Shown piece after piece: positions 38,437 through 47,655 of a stretch of 64,000 nt of DNA. Numbering within the stretch: position 1 is the stretch's first letter; the number at the start of each line of letters is the position of its first letter. The position numbers and the translations under genes were made by a program. The stretch covers positions 36,720 through 100,719 of the forward strand of contig CAYUYO010000001.1 in the NCBI GenBank assembly GCA_964449385.1, in the 5' to 3' direction. Under the pieces are notes generated by a model. The model was not told the DNA's origin and ran no database searches. It saw only the letters and a list, made by a program, of their open reading frames with translations. The stretch is from an uncultured Candidatus Saccharibacteria bacterium (GTDB lineage: Bacteria; Patescibacteriota; Minisyncoccia; Minisyncoccales; CAYUYO01).

Positions 38437-39159
38437 TTAATTATATTTTCTCTTAATTATATTCCATCTTATCACAAGCATATCTTTTGCCATTCTTAAA
38501 ATACTTTTAAAGTTTACCTTACTGGACAGATCGTTTTTCCAATAAATAGGTATTTCTTTTATTTTATATCCTTGCTTCTTGGCCAGAACCAAAGTTTCCG
38601 GGTCAAAGGCGAAACGTTCAATTCTTGTTTTGGAAAAAATTGATTCGGCTGCTTTTTTAGTGAATCCTTTAAAACCGCACTGAGTGTCTTCAATTTTCCA
38701 AAGCCCGACAATTATTTTCCTATATAATTTAAAACCTTCTCCAAAAAGAAAGTTTCTTAACCAGGACTGGGGCGGATCTAAAACTGCTCCTTTTATATCT
38801 CTTGAACCAATAATAACATCATAACCTTTTTTAAAGTATGGCCACATCTTCTCAATCTGATTAATACTGGTAGAGTTATCCGCATCAGTAAAAAGCCGGT
38901 AATCCCCTTTTGCTTCTAACATTCCAAAACGAACAGCATAACCTTTCCCGCGATTATTTTTATATCCCGTGATTACAAGATTTTTAATTTTCAGTACTAA
39001 CGATCGAACTACTTCAACTGTCCTATCTTTTGATCCGTCATCAACCACCAGAATTTCATATTCATAATTCTGCCTGCTTAAATATCTATCAATGTCTTTC
39101 AATGTAAAAGAAAGGCGATTTTCTTCATTATAAGCGGGAATAATTACTGATAAGTGCAT
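38437..39159 (-). CDS. family-2 glycosyltransferase (dolichol/polyprenol-phosphate hexosyltransferase-like)
   Basis: SVIIPAYNEE...VVDDGSKDRT...DAD. Confidence 0.8.
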   Translation of the reverse strand: MHLSVIIPAYNEENRLSFTLKDIDRYLSRQNYEYEILVVDDGSKDRTVEVVRSLVLKIKNLVITGYKNNRGKGYAVRFGMLEAKGDYRLFTDADNSTSINQIEKMWPYFKKGYDVIIGSRDIKGAVLDPPQSWLRNFLFGEGFKLYRKIIVGLWKIEDTQCGFKGFTKKAAESIFSKTRIERFAFDPETLVLAKKQGYKIKEIPIYWKNDLSSKVNFKSILRMAKDMLVIRWNIIKRKYN

Positions 39160-39160
39160 A

Positions 39161-40942
39161 TTAATCTATATAATAAACAAAAATCGAATGGCCGATTTGA
39201 GCTACCGGCGTATATTTATTGAGCCAGCAATAATAATCAGAAGGTTGATCAAATCCTTTAGACGGTTCTGCCCTACCTCCTTGTAAAAGAGTTGCTGAAA
39301 CCGCTATATAACTACCCTTCGGAAGTTCTTCAGGGTTTCTGGTACCCCACCACGGAGCATATTTTTCTTTTAGATAATATTCAACATCTCCTCCGCCAAA
39401 ATAATTAACATATATCTTATTGATTTCTTTTTCATCTACCCATTTTTTAAGCCGTTTCAAATCCTGACCCCAGTCCAGATTAGAATCAACTGCATAAATA
39501 TAGGTTTTATCAGGGCCTCCGGTTAATTCATTGGAATAGGAAAGAAAATGAGGAAAACAACTAATGGAAGAAATCATATACCAACCCAATAAAACTGAAA
39601 CAAAAGAAATTGCTATTTTCTTTAAGGATATTTTTTTTATATTCTCAATCCATTTAACAATTCCCGTTGAAACTAAAATAAAGGTAAAAGGAAAAATCGG
39701 CAATAAATGACGAACCCCGATATTAAGATCAGAGGTTAAAGAAGTTAGCCAATAAATTCCAATAAAAGTAAGCATGGCAAATTCGGAAAAATGATTTTTT
39801 ATCCAGTCTTTAATTCTTCTATTAGTTTCCTGCCAAAACGGTTTTTTTATCAACCAAGCTGCATATAAGAGCGTAATTAAGGTTAAAATATGAAAAGCTA
39901 AAGGAATTTTTATTGAATAGATTACGGGAAAATAATTTTTCCTGCCGGAAGCTGAGATTTCGCCTAAGAAATAAGTGGTATTGCCGGTAGCGCTTCTGTT
40001 TGTAGCCATCAATAGTCCAAAAAAATATTGAGAGAAAGGCCTTAAAACAGATTTTTGAGCCATCCAGACATCAAGATTAATTAACGGTTCGGGAATGGAA
40101 CTGTTTAAAAGAAGAGATTGAGTATCTTGAAGTTGTTTTTCAGCAGAAAGGTTTGATATATGAAACTGATAGACCGGCCAGACAACAAAAACCATACCAA
40201 TTATTCCCACCAATAATCCAAGTCCTATATATTTTAAAAATCTATATTTTTGTTTTTCAGCTTTTAACCAAGCATAAAACAAAGTAATAATTGCAAAAAA
40301 TGGAACCAGTAGAACCAAAGAAAACTTCAAAAGCATTACAAATCCGAATATTAGTCCGGCTATAAAAACATTTTTTTTTGTTGGATTTTTTAAAAATTTT
40401 AGCCAGAAAAAAGTAGCTAAAACTACTCCCAAAGCAGCACCAACATCAGTAGTAACCAGCCTTCCGTGGGCTAAGAAAGTAGGAGAAAAAGAAAATAAAA
40501 ATAAAGCAAATAGGGCTGTTTTATTTCCAAAAAGTTTTCTTGTCCAATAGAATAAAAACCATCCAAAAAACAGCAAAAGTAAAATCATCGGAATACGGGA
40601 ATAAAGAGCAATTTGGTCAGGATCATTGTCAGAATGGTATAGAAACTGGAAGCCGAGATCAAATTGTTCCCACCAGTTAGCAGGAGTTAGTTCGGTCCAA
40701 ACAGGAAGGTCTTTTGGAAAATTAAGATTTAAAAATAAAAGCGGGGAGGCGGCTAGGTCCTTTATTATTGGAGGATGTTCTGGATTTACTCTATAATCCT
40801 TTTGAGTTAAATAAGAATAACCTGCTACGATATGAGCTGTTTCGTCAAAAGTAAGACTATCATTAAGAACACTAAAAATAGCAAGAAAAAACATTATTAT
40901 TAATAATGCTCCTGCAATAACGCAAGTAAAACGATTAAACAT
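39161..40942 (-). CDS. polyprenol-phosphate-dependent glycosyltransferase (ArnT/PMT-like, GT39/GT83 type), polytopic membrane
   Basis: 593 aa, >10 TM helices, N-terminal loop DETAH motif. Confidence 0.6.
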   Translation of the reverse strand: MFNRFTCVIAGALLIIMFFLAIFSVLNDSLTFDETAHIVAGYSYLTQKDYRVNPEHPPIIKDLAASPLLFLNLNFPKDLPVWTELTPANWWEQFDLGFQFLYHSDNDPDQIALYSRIPMILLLLFFGWFLFYWTRKLFGNKTALFALFLFSFSPTFLAHGRLVTTDVGAALGVVLATFFWLKFLKNPTKKNVFIAGLIFGFVMLLKFSLVLLVPFFAIITLFYAWLKAEKQKYRFLKYIGLGLLVGIIGMVFVVWPVYQFHISNLSAEKQLQDTQSLLLNSSIPEPLINLDVWMAQKSVLRPFSQYFFGLLMATNRSATGNTTYFLGEISASGRKNYFPVIYSIKIPLAFHILTLITLLYAAWLIKKPFWQETNRRIKDWIKNHFSEFAMLTFIGIYWLTSLTSDLNIGVRHLLPIFPFTFILVSTGIVKWIENIKKISLKKIAISFVSVLLGWYMISSISCFPHFLSYSNELTGGPDKTYIYAVDSNLDWGQDLKRLKKWVDEKEINKIYVNYFGGGDVEYYLKEKYAPWWGTRNPEELPKGSYIAVSATLLQGGRAEPSKGFDQPSDYYCWLNKYTPVAQIGHSIFVYYID

Positions 40943-40965
40943 ATTGTTTTATTATTATCTGAATT

Positions 40966-41391
40966 TTACTTGTTTTTTTTCTTATTAAGTAGCACTACAC
41001 TGCCGATCACACCAATAAGAAAACCCAAAGGACAAACAAAAATGGCAATAATAAAAAATCCTACATTAATAGCCTCAACTAAATAGTTTAATATGATGAT
41101 TTGATTAGTTATTGTACCCAAGGCATAAAAGGCATTGTGCAGAAAAACGCTTAGAAAAAATCCTCCAGCCGAAGCTCCTGTTAACATCAAAAACTTTTTA
41201 AGTATTCCTTCAACTTTTTCCCTTAAAGTTAAAACTATCAAGATTATGCCTAATAAAGAAAAAATAATAAAAGGTAATAAAAAAAGAATAGATCCTATAA
41301 ATAATTCATTTACCAATGGAATAAAAAACTCACTCATTATCACAAGAAAAGTTCCCACTAGCGCCCAAAATGTTATCGTTAATTTCTTCAT
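40966..41391 (-). CDS. hypothetical integral membrane protein
   Basis: 141 aa, 4 predicted TM helices. Confidence 0.4.
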   Translation of the reverse strand: MKKLTITFWALVGTFLVIMSEFFIPLVNELFIGSILFLLPFIIFSLLGIILIVLTLREKVEGILKKFLMLTGASAGGFFLSVFLHNAFYALGTITNQIIILNYLVEAINVGFFIIAIFVCPLGFLIGVIGSVVLLNKKKNK

Positions 41392-41436
41392 TATTTTATT
41401 ATAGCATATTCTATTAAAAATCTCCCAACTGGATAT

Positions 41437-41461
41437 GAAAAAAAGCCCGATAACGGGCTTA
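41437..41461 (-). terminator. rho-independent terminator downstream of csp
   Basis: On the minus strand: aagcccgttatcgggctt followed by tttttttc. Confidence 0.65.
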
Positions 41462-41487
41462 ATTTCATTGATTTGATAAATTAATTC

Positions 41488-41685
41488 TTAAAGACGGGTT
41501 ACGTTTGTTGCGTTAGGGCCTTTTGGAGAATCAGTTTTCTCGAAAGACACTCTATCACCTACTTTTAATTCTTCGTAGGTTACGTCTTTAAGTTCGTTGC
41601 TGTGAAAAAATAAATCTTTTTCTTCACCATCAACGGTAATAAATCCAAATCCTTTATCTGTAAGGTTTTTAATTGTTCCTTCCAT
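41488..41685 (-). CDS. cold-shock protein (CspA family)
   Basis: KGFGFITVDGEEKDLFFH (RNP1/RNP2 motifs). Confidence 0.9.
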   Translation of the reverse strand: MEGTIKNLTDKGFGFITVDGEEKDLFFHSNELKDVTYEELKVGDRVSFEKTDSPKGPNATNVTRL

Positions 41686-41902
41686 GATTGTGATATAAAT
41701 TAATTAATGTTTAATGTTTTAAGGTTTTATCCTAAAGTTTAGTTTCCCAAATGAACTCGACCAATTTTTCACTAGGCAAAGAAGATAAATCTTCTTTTTC
41801 ACCTTTCGCTCGCTTTCGCTTGCTCAGGTAGACAACTATCTTACATAAACAAGATTAACATACAAAAAATAATCTGTCAACTGAAAAACCGTTTTCTTGA
41901 TA

Positions 41903-42691
41903 TTATTTATCTTCACCTTCTTTGCTTTTATTTTCTTCTTGCTGTTTCTTGCCAAACCTTTCAAAGGCTCTTAAAATTTCTAGAGGCACGGCAAAAATAA
42001 TAGTATTTGATTTATCAGAACTTATATCATTGATTGATTGAAGAGTTCTTAAATGAAGAGCTCCCCTGGATTCTGATAAGGTTTGGGCAGCTTTTGCAAG
42101 ATTATTAGCAGCAATAACTTCTCCTTCAGCCTTAATAATTATTGCTCTTTTTTCTCTTTCCGCTTCAGCTTGCTTTCCGATTACCCTTTTCATTTCTTCC
42201 GGCAAAGTTATATCTTTTAATTCAACGTTAATAACTTCAATCCCCCAAGGATCGGTAGCTTTATCAATAATACTTCTTATGTTTTCTGAAACTCTGTCTC
42301 TTTGAGAAAGAAGCCCGTCTAAATCAACCTGGCCTACGGCATTTCGCATTGTTGTTTGGGCTAACTGAGAAATGGCATAGTAAAAATTTTCTACTTCCAA
42401 AACTACCTTATCAGCCTCTCGAACTTTGTAATAAATAACTGCATTAACACTAACCGAGATATTGTCTTTAGTAATCGCTTCTTGATTTGGCACATCTACT
42501 GCCTTTACTCTTAAATCTATATTGCGGTAAAACTGAATAATTGGAAAAACTAATCTCCATCCGGGGTTCATTAAACCAACATACTTCCCCAGCGTAAATT
42601 TAACTCCTTTTTGATACTGATTAATCTGTTTGATAGAAATTAAAATTATAAAAACAATTATTGTTAAAATTGTCCAAAATGTACCTGGCAT
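41903..42691 (-). CDS. SPFH/band-7 (stomatin/HflK-like) membrane protein
   Basis: N-terminal TM helix followed by an SPFH domain. Confidence 0.75.
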   Translation of the reverse strand: MPGTFWTILTIIVFIILISIKQINQYQKGVKFTLGKYVGLMNPGWRLVFPIIQFYRNIDLRVKAVDVPNQEAITKDNISVSVNAVIYYKVREADKVVLEVENFYYAISQLAQTTMRNAVGQVDLDGLLSQRDRVSENIRSIIDKATDPWGIEVINVELKDITLPEEMKRVIGKQAEAEREKRAIIIKAEGEVIAANNLAKAAQTLSESRGALHLRTLQSINDISSDKSNTIIFAVPLEILRAFERFGKKQQEENKSKEGEDK

Positions 42692-42769
42692 ATTTTTATT
42701 AATGATTAATAACTAATATTTTCGACTTTTCTTAATCTTACTATAATAAAAATCAAACACAAAAAATTC

Positions 42770-43564
42770 TTATCTTCCCCATTTAAACAAATTTTTAATC
42801 CAGCCGAATAATCCATTGGTGCTTTTCTCTTTGTCTGTTAATTGCTGAAGTCTTTCTTGTTCCTGTTCCATATTCTGAACCTGTTCTTGTATCGTTGTTT
42901 TAATTTCTTCGCCGCAGGTGCATTCTTCTTTCAACTGCTTAAGTTCTTGGATTTTCTGCTGGTTCTGATTTAATTCCTGTTCTATATCTTCAGCAGCGTT
43001 TTTTTCTCCACCCATAAAAAATCTGACAAACGCATTCCTTTCCTGTATTTTTTCCTCAGCTGTTATTGTTGCTTGAACAGAATTGTTGAATTCGCGAGCA
43101 ATTTGAGAAATTTTAGAACCAATGCCCGTCGCTAAATCCTCTAAAGAAAGCAAGACATGTACAGCTTCTCTAACTTTATTTTGATTCTGATACACTTTTT
43201 GCTGAACATTGCTTAATTCCTGCATCTCTTGGGTCATTTCCTGTTTCTTTTGCTGAATCATTTCTTTTACTTCATTCATAGTACGAGCCTTTTGTAGATT
43301 TTCCAAGATAAAGTTTTGCTGGCTAGAATCTTCTTCTTGTTCCTCTTCCCTGGTTTGTGTTTGCTGTTCTGTCTGTATCTGTTGATCTTCACCTTGATTT
43401 TGAGTTTGCTGCTCTGTTTGTGTCTGTTGATTCTGACTTATTTCTTGACCTTTTTTAGAATTTTCTACTATTGTATCAGTATCCTGAGCTACTTTTAGAT
43501 CAGCAGCAACTATCACTGATCCAAATAAAGCAAAAACTAAAAGCGGAATAATTATTTTTTTCAT
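42770..43564 (-). CDS. secreted Gln/Glu-rich coiled-coil protein
   Basis: Signal peptide MKKIIIPLLVFALFGSVIVAA, QQTQTEQQTQNQ repeats, C-terminal CTCGEE. Confidence 0.45.
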   Translation of the reverse strand: MKKIIIPLLVFALFGSVIVAADLKVAQDTDTIVENSKKGQEISQNQQTQTEQQTQNQGEDQQIQTEQQTQTREEEQEEDSSQQNFILENLQKARTMNEVKEMIQQKKQEMTQEMQELSNVQQKVYQNQNKVREAVHVLLSLEDLATGIGSKISQIAREFNNSVQATITAEEKIQERNAFVRFFMGGEKNAAEDIEQELNQNQQKIQELKQLKEECTCGEEIKTTIQEQVQNMEQEQERLQQLTDKEKSTNGLFGWIKNLFKWGR

Positions 43565-43678
43565 ATATATATAAATTTAAAAATTATTAGTCTCGACTTT
43601 TTTTATTTTATCATTTCAGAGACTCAAAGTAAATAAAAAAACCGTCTTCTTGACGATTTTTTTATTAAAGATTTCTAA

Positions 43679-43912
43679 CTACTCCGTAGGAAGATAAGGA
43701 GCACACATCTCCTGAAGATTAACCAGTGCTTCTTGAAATTGGGTGGCTTGAACCATACATGTCTCTAAACCAGCTCCGCATTCTTGTAATTTTGTTCCTA
43801 AGTCCGTTGCCACAGTCTTACATTTTGTTACTCCAGAATATAAATAACCAGCCAAAGCAATTAACACTATAATTAAAACAATTACTCCAATATTTTTTTT
43901 ATTCATTTTCAA
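43679..43912 (-). CDS. small membrane-anchored Cys-containing hypothetical protein
   Basis: 77 aa, N-terminal TM helix, 4 Cys. Confidence 0.35.
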   Translation of the reverse strand: MKMNKKNIGVIVLIIVLIALAGYLYSGVTKCKTVATDLGTKLQECGAGLETCMVQATQFQEALVNLQEMCAPYLPTE

Positions 43913-44034
43913 TTTCGCTTTTGATATAACTAAAACATAGTCGACCTTTTATTTTTTTATTCTACCAAATAATCGCCTTATTGGCGATTTTTTAATACTT
44001 CTCGGTCGCTTGAACCAAGCACTAGCCTGCTCCG

Positions 44035-44061
44035 GCGGTAGGACGATATTAGAACCTGTTT
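44035..44061. repeat. degenerate tRNA-Asn 3'-end-like repeat (copy B)
   Basis: cggtaggacgatattagaacctgttta vs the tRNA-Asn region gggtaggattcgaacctac, and copies at 44913-44936 and 46228-46253. Confidence 0.45.
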
Positions 44062-44193
44062 AATAAAAACTTAAATAAAAAAATCAACTCTCTCAAGTTA
44101 ATTTTTCCCTTTCAGAAACTTCCAAATGTTTTTTGAAAATCTTTGAAAGGGAGGGATGGATGAAGTGTTGGAAGTTCCATCCCTTTTCCAGAC

Positions 44194-44676
44194 CTACCTG
44201 GCTATCGCATTGCCAGGATCATGCGGTCCGTTAGGTTTTTCCTCCTTCTTCTTTTTCTCGGCGGGCGGAGGCGGATCAATCTGTTCAAGATCCTCCTCGT
44301 CGAACTCTTGAACATCAGGAATCTCCCCTTTTCCGTTCATCCACGGCTGAACCCCATACCGGTCGCCTGTGTGCATCTGTTTAACACGTAGCACAGCGAT
44401 ACCTGTCAAACCGGTAAGACGATCTCTCACCTTGACGCCGAGCTTGAAGGCATTAGAGGTTTTGCCTGTCAAGGGCGGGTCTTCTTTGGATGGGGAGATG
44501 ATTTCAAGATTTGGCCCAGCCAAGACCTTGCCGTTGGGTAACTGTCCCTCTTTATCCGCCACGGGTTGAACCGCGTAACGGATACAGTTGTTCATGTGTT
44601 CCACGCGATAAACTGTAACTCCCTCAAAGCCAGTAACCTTATCGCGTACCAAACACCCAAATGGAATAAAATTCAC
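44194..44676 (-). CDS. hypothetical protein with internal tandem duplication, in compositionally foreign (~50% GC) DNA
   Basis: GTG start with strong SD (AGGAGGAAACCGTG). Two ~45-aa repeats: VRDKVTGFEGVTVYRVEHMNNCIRYAVQP and VRDRLTGLTGIAVLRVKQMHTGDRYGVQP. Acidic/Pro-rich tail. Confidence 0.5.
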   Translation of the reverse strand: MNFIPFGCLVRDKVTGFEGVTVYRVEHMNNCIRYAVQPVADKEGQLPNGKVLAGPNLEIISPSKEDPPLTGKTSNAFKLGVKVRDRLTGLTGIAVLRVKQMHTGDRYGVQPWMNGKGEIPDVQEFDEEDLEQIDPPPPAEKKKKEEKPNGPHDPGNAIAR

Positions 44677-44912
44677 GGTTTCCTCCTTTTCTGTATGCTG
44701 TTCTCTTCGCTGATTCTCACAGTCGAAGTGCCTTCATATTTTTCTATACTTCACCTCCTAATTTTCTAATAACATATTATATAAAAAAGTCAAGCCCTGA
44801 TGGCTTGAAATTTGCTCCCCAGTTCAAAGCTTATTATAACTTTGGAGGATTGGAATTATATGAGAATGTTGAAAGAAAAATTGATGGAAATAAAAAATCT
44901 TGATTACGAGAT

Positions 44913-44936
44913 GGTACAATATTAGAACTTGGTTTA
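44913..44936. repeat. degenerate tRNA-Asn 3'-end-like repeat (copy C)
   Basis: ggtacaatattagaacttggttta. Confidence 0.4.
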
Positions 44937-45014
44937 CAAGTAATTTTCCAAATCAACCACTAAATTTTCACTTTTCTGCAAAAGAATTAAAACTTCTTTA
45001 ACTAATTAAAAAAA

Positions 45015-45848
45015 TTAATTAATATTCTGTAATTGTACTTTGACGTATGGCGCTAGGGCAGCGTCCCAGAATTCAAACATCTTTTCATATTCATATTGAC
45101 AGTGCGTTGCCCGTTCTTGGGGCAGACCGTAAGTTCCTACAAAATAATTAAATTTTTGCGGATTGCTGCCGTAAACCCAACATAGAATATTATAATAGCG
45201 CTGTTGGTTCAAAGGATGTTCGTCCCAAAAGGGAGAACCCTCGCCTACCTGCGAGCTTGTAATATAAAAGAAATTTGCTCCGGTAATCGCAGCCTTTGGT
45301 CCGTCTTCGCCCAAACCCGTTAAAATTACGGAGGACAGCTGGTCAGCCACATCTTCCTCTTTCCCGGAATAAGTTAAATTATAGACATTTATAAGACCGT
45401 GCCCTAATTCATGAAAAAAAACAAAATAAGTGGCGCCGCTTACAGCCATATCTACTTCCTCTTTTGTGTTAACAATGTATGAAAAATTTTGAGCAAAACT
45501 TTCCAACAGTTCATCGCAGATGACTATTTCTTTCCCTTGCGAATCATAATAAGCATTAACGAACCCGCATTCCTTTAAAATAATCGGAAAATCCTGCGGC
45601 AATATGAACACTTCATTCAAAAAAACAGCCAAATTTTCAAAGGAATCGGAATTTTTAATAAGTTCATTGTATTGGGTATATTTGGGATTCTGCGTTTCGC
45701 CGTAGACAATTTTAAAATCCCCCCTATCTTCAAAGGCGAGTTTTTTGGATGAGCTAAGCTGGCCGTTTTGTTCTTCAGTTCCTATATAATAAAAAAGTCC
45801 AACCACAAGAATTACAATTGACAAAATAATACCTTTCTTTTTGCTCAT
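45015..45848 (-). CDS. DUF4344-like putative zinc metallopeptidase, membrane-anchored
   Basis: N-terminal TM helix, HELGHGL (HExxH). GC elevated relative to backbone. Confidence 0.5.
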   Translation of the reverse strand: MSKKKGIILSIVILVVGLFYYIGTEEQNGQLSSSKKLAFEDRGDFKIVYGETQNPKYTQYNELIKNSDSFENLAVFLNEVFILPQDFPIILKECGFVNAYYDSQGKEIVICDELLESFAQNFSYIVNTKEEVDMAVSGATYFVFFHELGHGLINVYNLTYSGKEEDVADQLSSVILTGLGEDGPKAAITGANFFYITSSQVGEGSPFWDEHPLNQQRYYNILCWVYGSNPQKFNYFVGTYGLPQERATHCQYEYEKMFEFWDAALAPYVKVQLQNIN

Positions 45849-45925
45849 ATTGCTATATTTTACTGCGTCTATGGGTAAATAACAAGATTATAAAACCAAA
45901 AACGCCTGATTGGCGATTCTAATTT

Positions 45926-46102
45926 TCAGCAATAAATATGCACGGCTATATACATTGCCAGCATTCCCAACAAAAAGCCGCTGAATAATAATTCAAAGCT
46001 TTCTAACTTTATTTCTCCTCCCACGGACCACGCAATATAGTTTATAAGCACAAGGGCGATAATAACGCCGATTACATATACATACAGAGGATATTTTTTC
46101 AT
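45926..46102 (-). CDS. small hydrophobic protein (2 TM)
   Basis: Not in the ORF track. Hand translation: MKKYPLYVYVIGVIIALVLINYIAWSVGGEIKLESFELLFSGFLLGMLAMYIAVHIYC. Confidence 0.3.
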   Translation of the reverse strand: MKKYPLYVYVIGVIIALVLINYIAWSVGGEIKLESFELLFSGFLLGMLAMYIAVHIYC

Positions 46103-46227
46103 AACTTCAGTATAGCAATTTTTACCTCACCCTGCTGCCCACTATTTGTTAAACAAAAACCGCCCCTTGGGCGACTTTTTACTTTCTGAAAATTAATGGC
46201 GAGTTCGAGACCCATCTCCAGTCGTAA

Positions 46228-46253
46228 CGGGAATAGGAATTTAGAACCTGTCC
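46228..46253. repeat. degenerate tRNA-Asn 3'-end-like repeat (copy A), inside a 69-nt element closed by an 8-bp inverted repeat (46195-46202 / 46256-46263)
   Basis: cgggaataggaatttagaacctgtcc, flanked by aatggcga...tcgccatt. Confidence 0.4.
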
Positions 46254-46322
46254 CATCGCCATTTTATGCTTAAAATATGGACTGGAATGGGACGGAAACG
46301 GGTCAGTCTCACAAAAAACGTC

Positions 46323-46397
46323 TGGCTCTGCGGGTAGGATTCGAACCTACAACCTAGTGCTTAACAGGCACCCGCGCTACCATTGCGCCACCGCAGA
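46323..46397 (-). tRNA. tRNA-Asn (anticodon GTT)
   Basis: Hand fold of the minus strand: acceptor TCTGCGG/CCGCAGA, D-arm GCGC-AATGGTA-GCGC, anticodon stem GGTGC/GCACT, loop CTGTTAA, T-arm GTAGG-TTCGAAT-CCTAC, CCA encoded. Confidence 0.8.
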
Positions 46398-46419
46398 ATA
46401 CATTAACTATATACTATTT

Positions 46420-47655
46420 TCAATATCCTTTCAATTTTTTAAGGGAGCGATGTTCTCTGACACGCTCTAATGCTTTAGCTTCAATCTGACGAATTCTCTC
46501 CCTGGTAACTCCGAATACCTGGCCAACCTCTTCTAAAGTATGAGTAACACCATCGTCTAATCCAAATCTCATTTCTAAAATTTTTTGTTCTCGAGGAGTT
46601 AAATCAATTAAAATTTCTTCTAGTCTTTCTCTTAATAAAGTTCTGGCCGCTGTTTTTGACGGAGACGGAACTTTTTCATCTTCAATAAATTCCGACAAAA
46701 CACTGTCTTCTTCATTATCTCCAACCGGCGTTTCCAGAGAAATAGTTTCTTGAGAGATTTTCATAATATGGCGTACTTTATCCACTTCAATTCCCATTTC
46801 AGAAGCAATTTCTTCCGGTAAGGGATCCCTGCCCAAACCCTGTAAAAGTCTTCTCCTTGCTTGGGTATATTTGGAGATAGTTTCCACCATATGAACCGGT
46901 ATTCTAATAGTTCTTGCCTGGTCAGCCAAAGCCCTGGTGATCGCCTGTCTTATCCACCAAGTAGCATAGGTTGAAAATTTATATCCCCTTCTCCAATCAA
47001 ATTTCACTACTGCTCGGAATAATCCTAAATTTCCTTCTTGAATTAAATCAAGCAAGGTTAAATTTGGGCTGCGACCAATATATCTTTTAGCAATAGAAAC
47101 AACTAATCTTAAATTAGCTTTGGCAAGTTTTTTCTTTGCATCTTCGTCCCCTTTTTCAATTCGTTTAGATAACTCTTTTTCCCCTTCTGCAGTCAAAAAA
47201 GAATAAGAACCAATTTCTTTTAAATACATTTGAATCGGGTCAATTTTTGATGCCAAACGTTTTTTAGCTGGTTTAGAAGCATCTAAATCTAGAAATTCCT
47301 TGACTTCTTTCACTTCAATTCCTTTTTTTTCTAATTCATCATATAATTTCTCTAATCCATTAATATCCTTTTCCATTTCAGGGAAAGAGGTTAAAATTTC
47401 CGAAGACGTAATAAAACCACGCTGTCTTCCTTTTTCCATTAATTGCTGAATTTTCTCTTCGGTGAAAATCTTTTTAGATCTGCTAGATACAGTTTTTGCT
47501 TTCTTTTTTGTTTTCTTGATTGCTTTCTTAACTACTTTCTTGGTTATTTTTTTGGTAATCTTCTTAACTGTTTTCTTAGTTGCCTTCTTGACTACTTTTT
47601 TAACTGCTTTTTTGGTCGTTTTCTTTTTTATTTTTTTTGTTTTTTTCTTTTTCAT
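46420..47655 (-). CDS. rpoD: RNA polymerase sigma factor RpoD (sigma-70) with Lys-rich KKxxKK N-terminal repeats
   Basis: Regions 2-4 present ([14 protein letters not shown]...; region 4 [20 protein letters not shown]). N-terminal ~55 aa of (T/V)KK repeats. Confidence 0.9.
   Translation of the reverse strand: MKKKKTKKIKKKTTKKAVKKVVKKATKKTVKKITKKITKKVVKKAIKKTKKKAKTVSSRSKKIFTEEKIQQLMEKGRQRGFITSSEILTSFPEMEKDINGLEKLYDELEKKGIEVKEVKEFLDLDASKPAKKRLASKIDPIQMYLKEIGSYSFLTAEGEKELSKRIEKGDEDAKKKLAKANLRLVVSIAKRYIGRSPNLTLLDLIQEGNLGLFRAVVKFDWRRGYKFSTYATWWIRQAITRALADQARTIRIPVHMVETISKYTQARRRLLQGLGRDPLPEEIASEMGIEVDKVRHIMKISQETISLETPVGDNEEDSVLSEFIEDEKVPSPSKTAARTLLRERLEEILIDLTPREQKILEMRFGLDDGVTHTLEEVGQVFGVTRERIRQIEAKALERVREHRSLKKLKGY

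Noticed and set aside
44866-44930. 19-codon plus-strand mini-ORF (MRMLKEKLMEIKNLDYEMVQY) in the island intergenic region
   Set aside because: Too short, no SD, and overlapped by repeat copy C; treated as noise.
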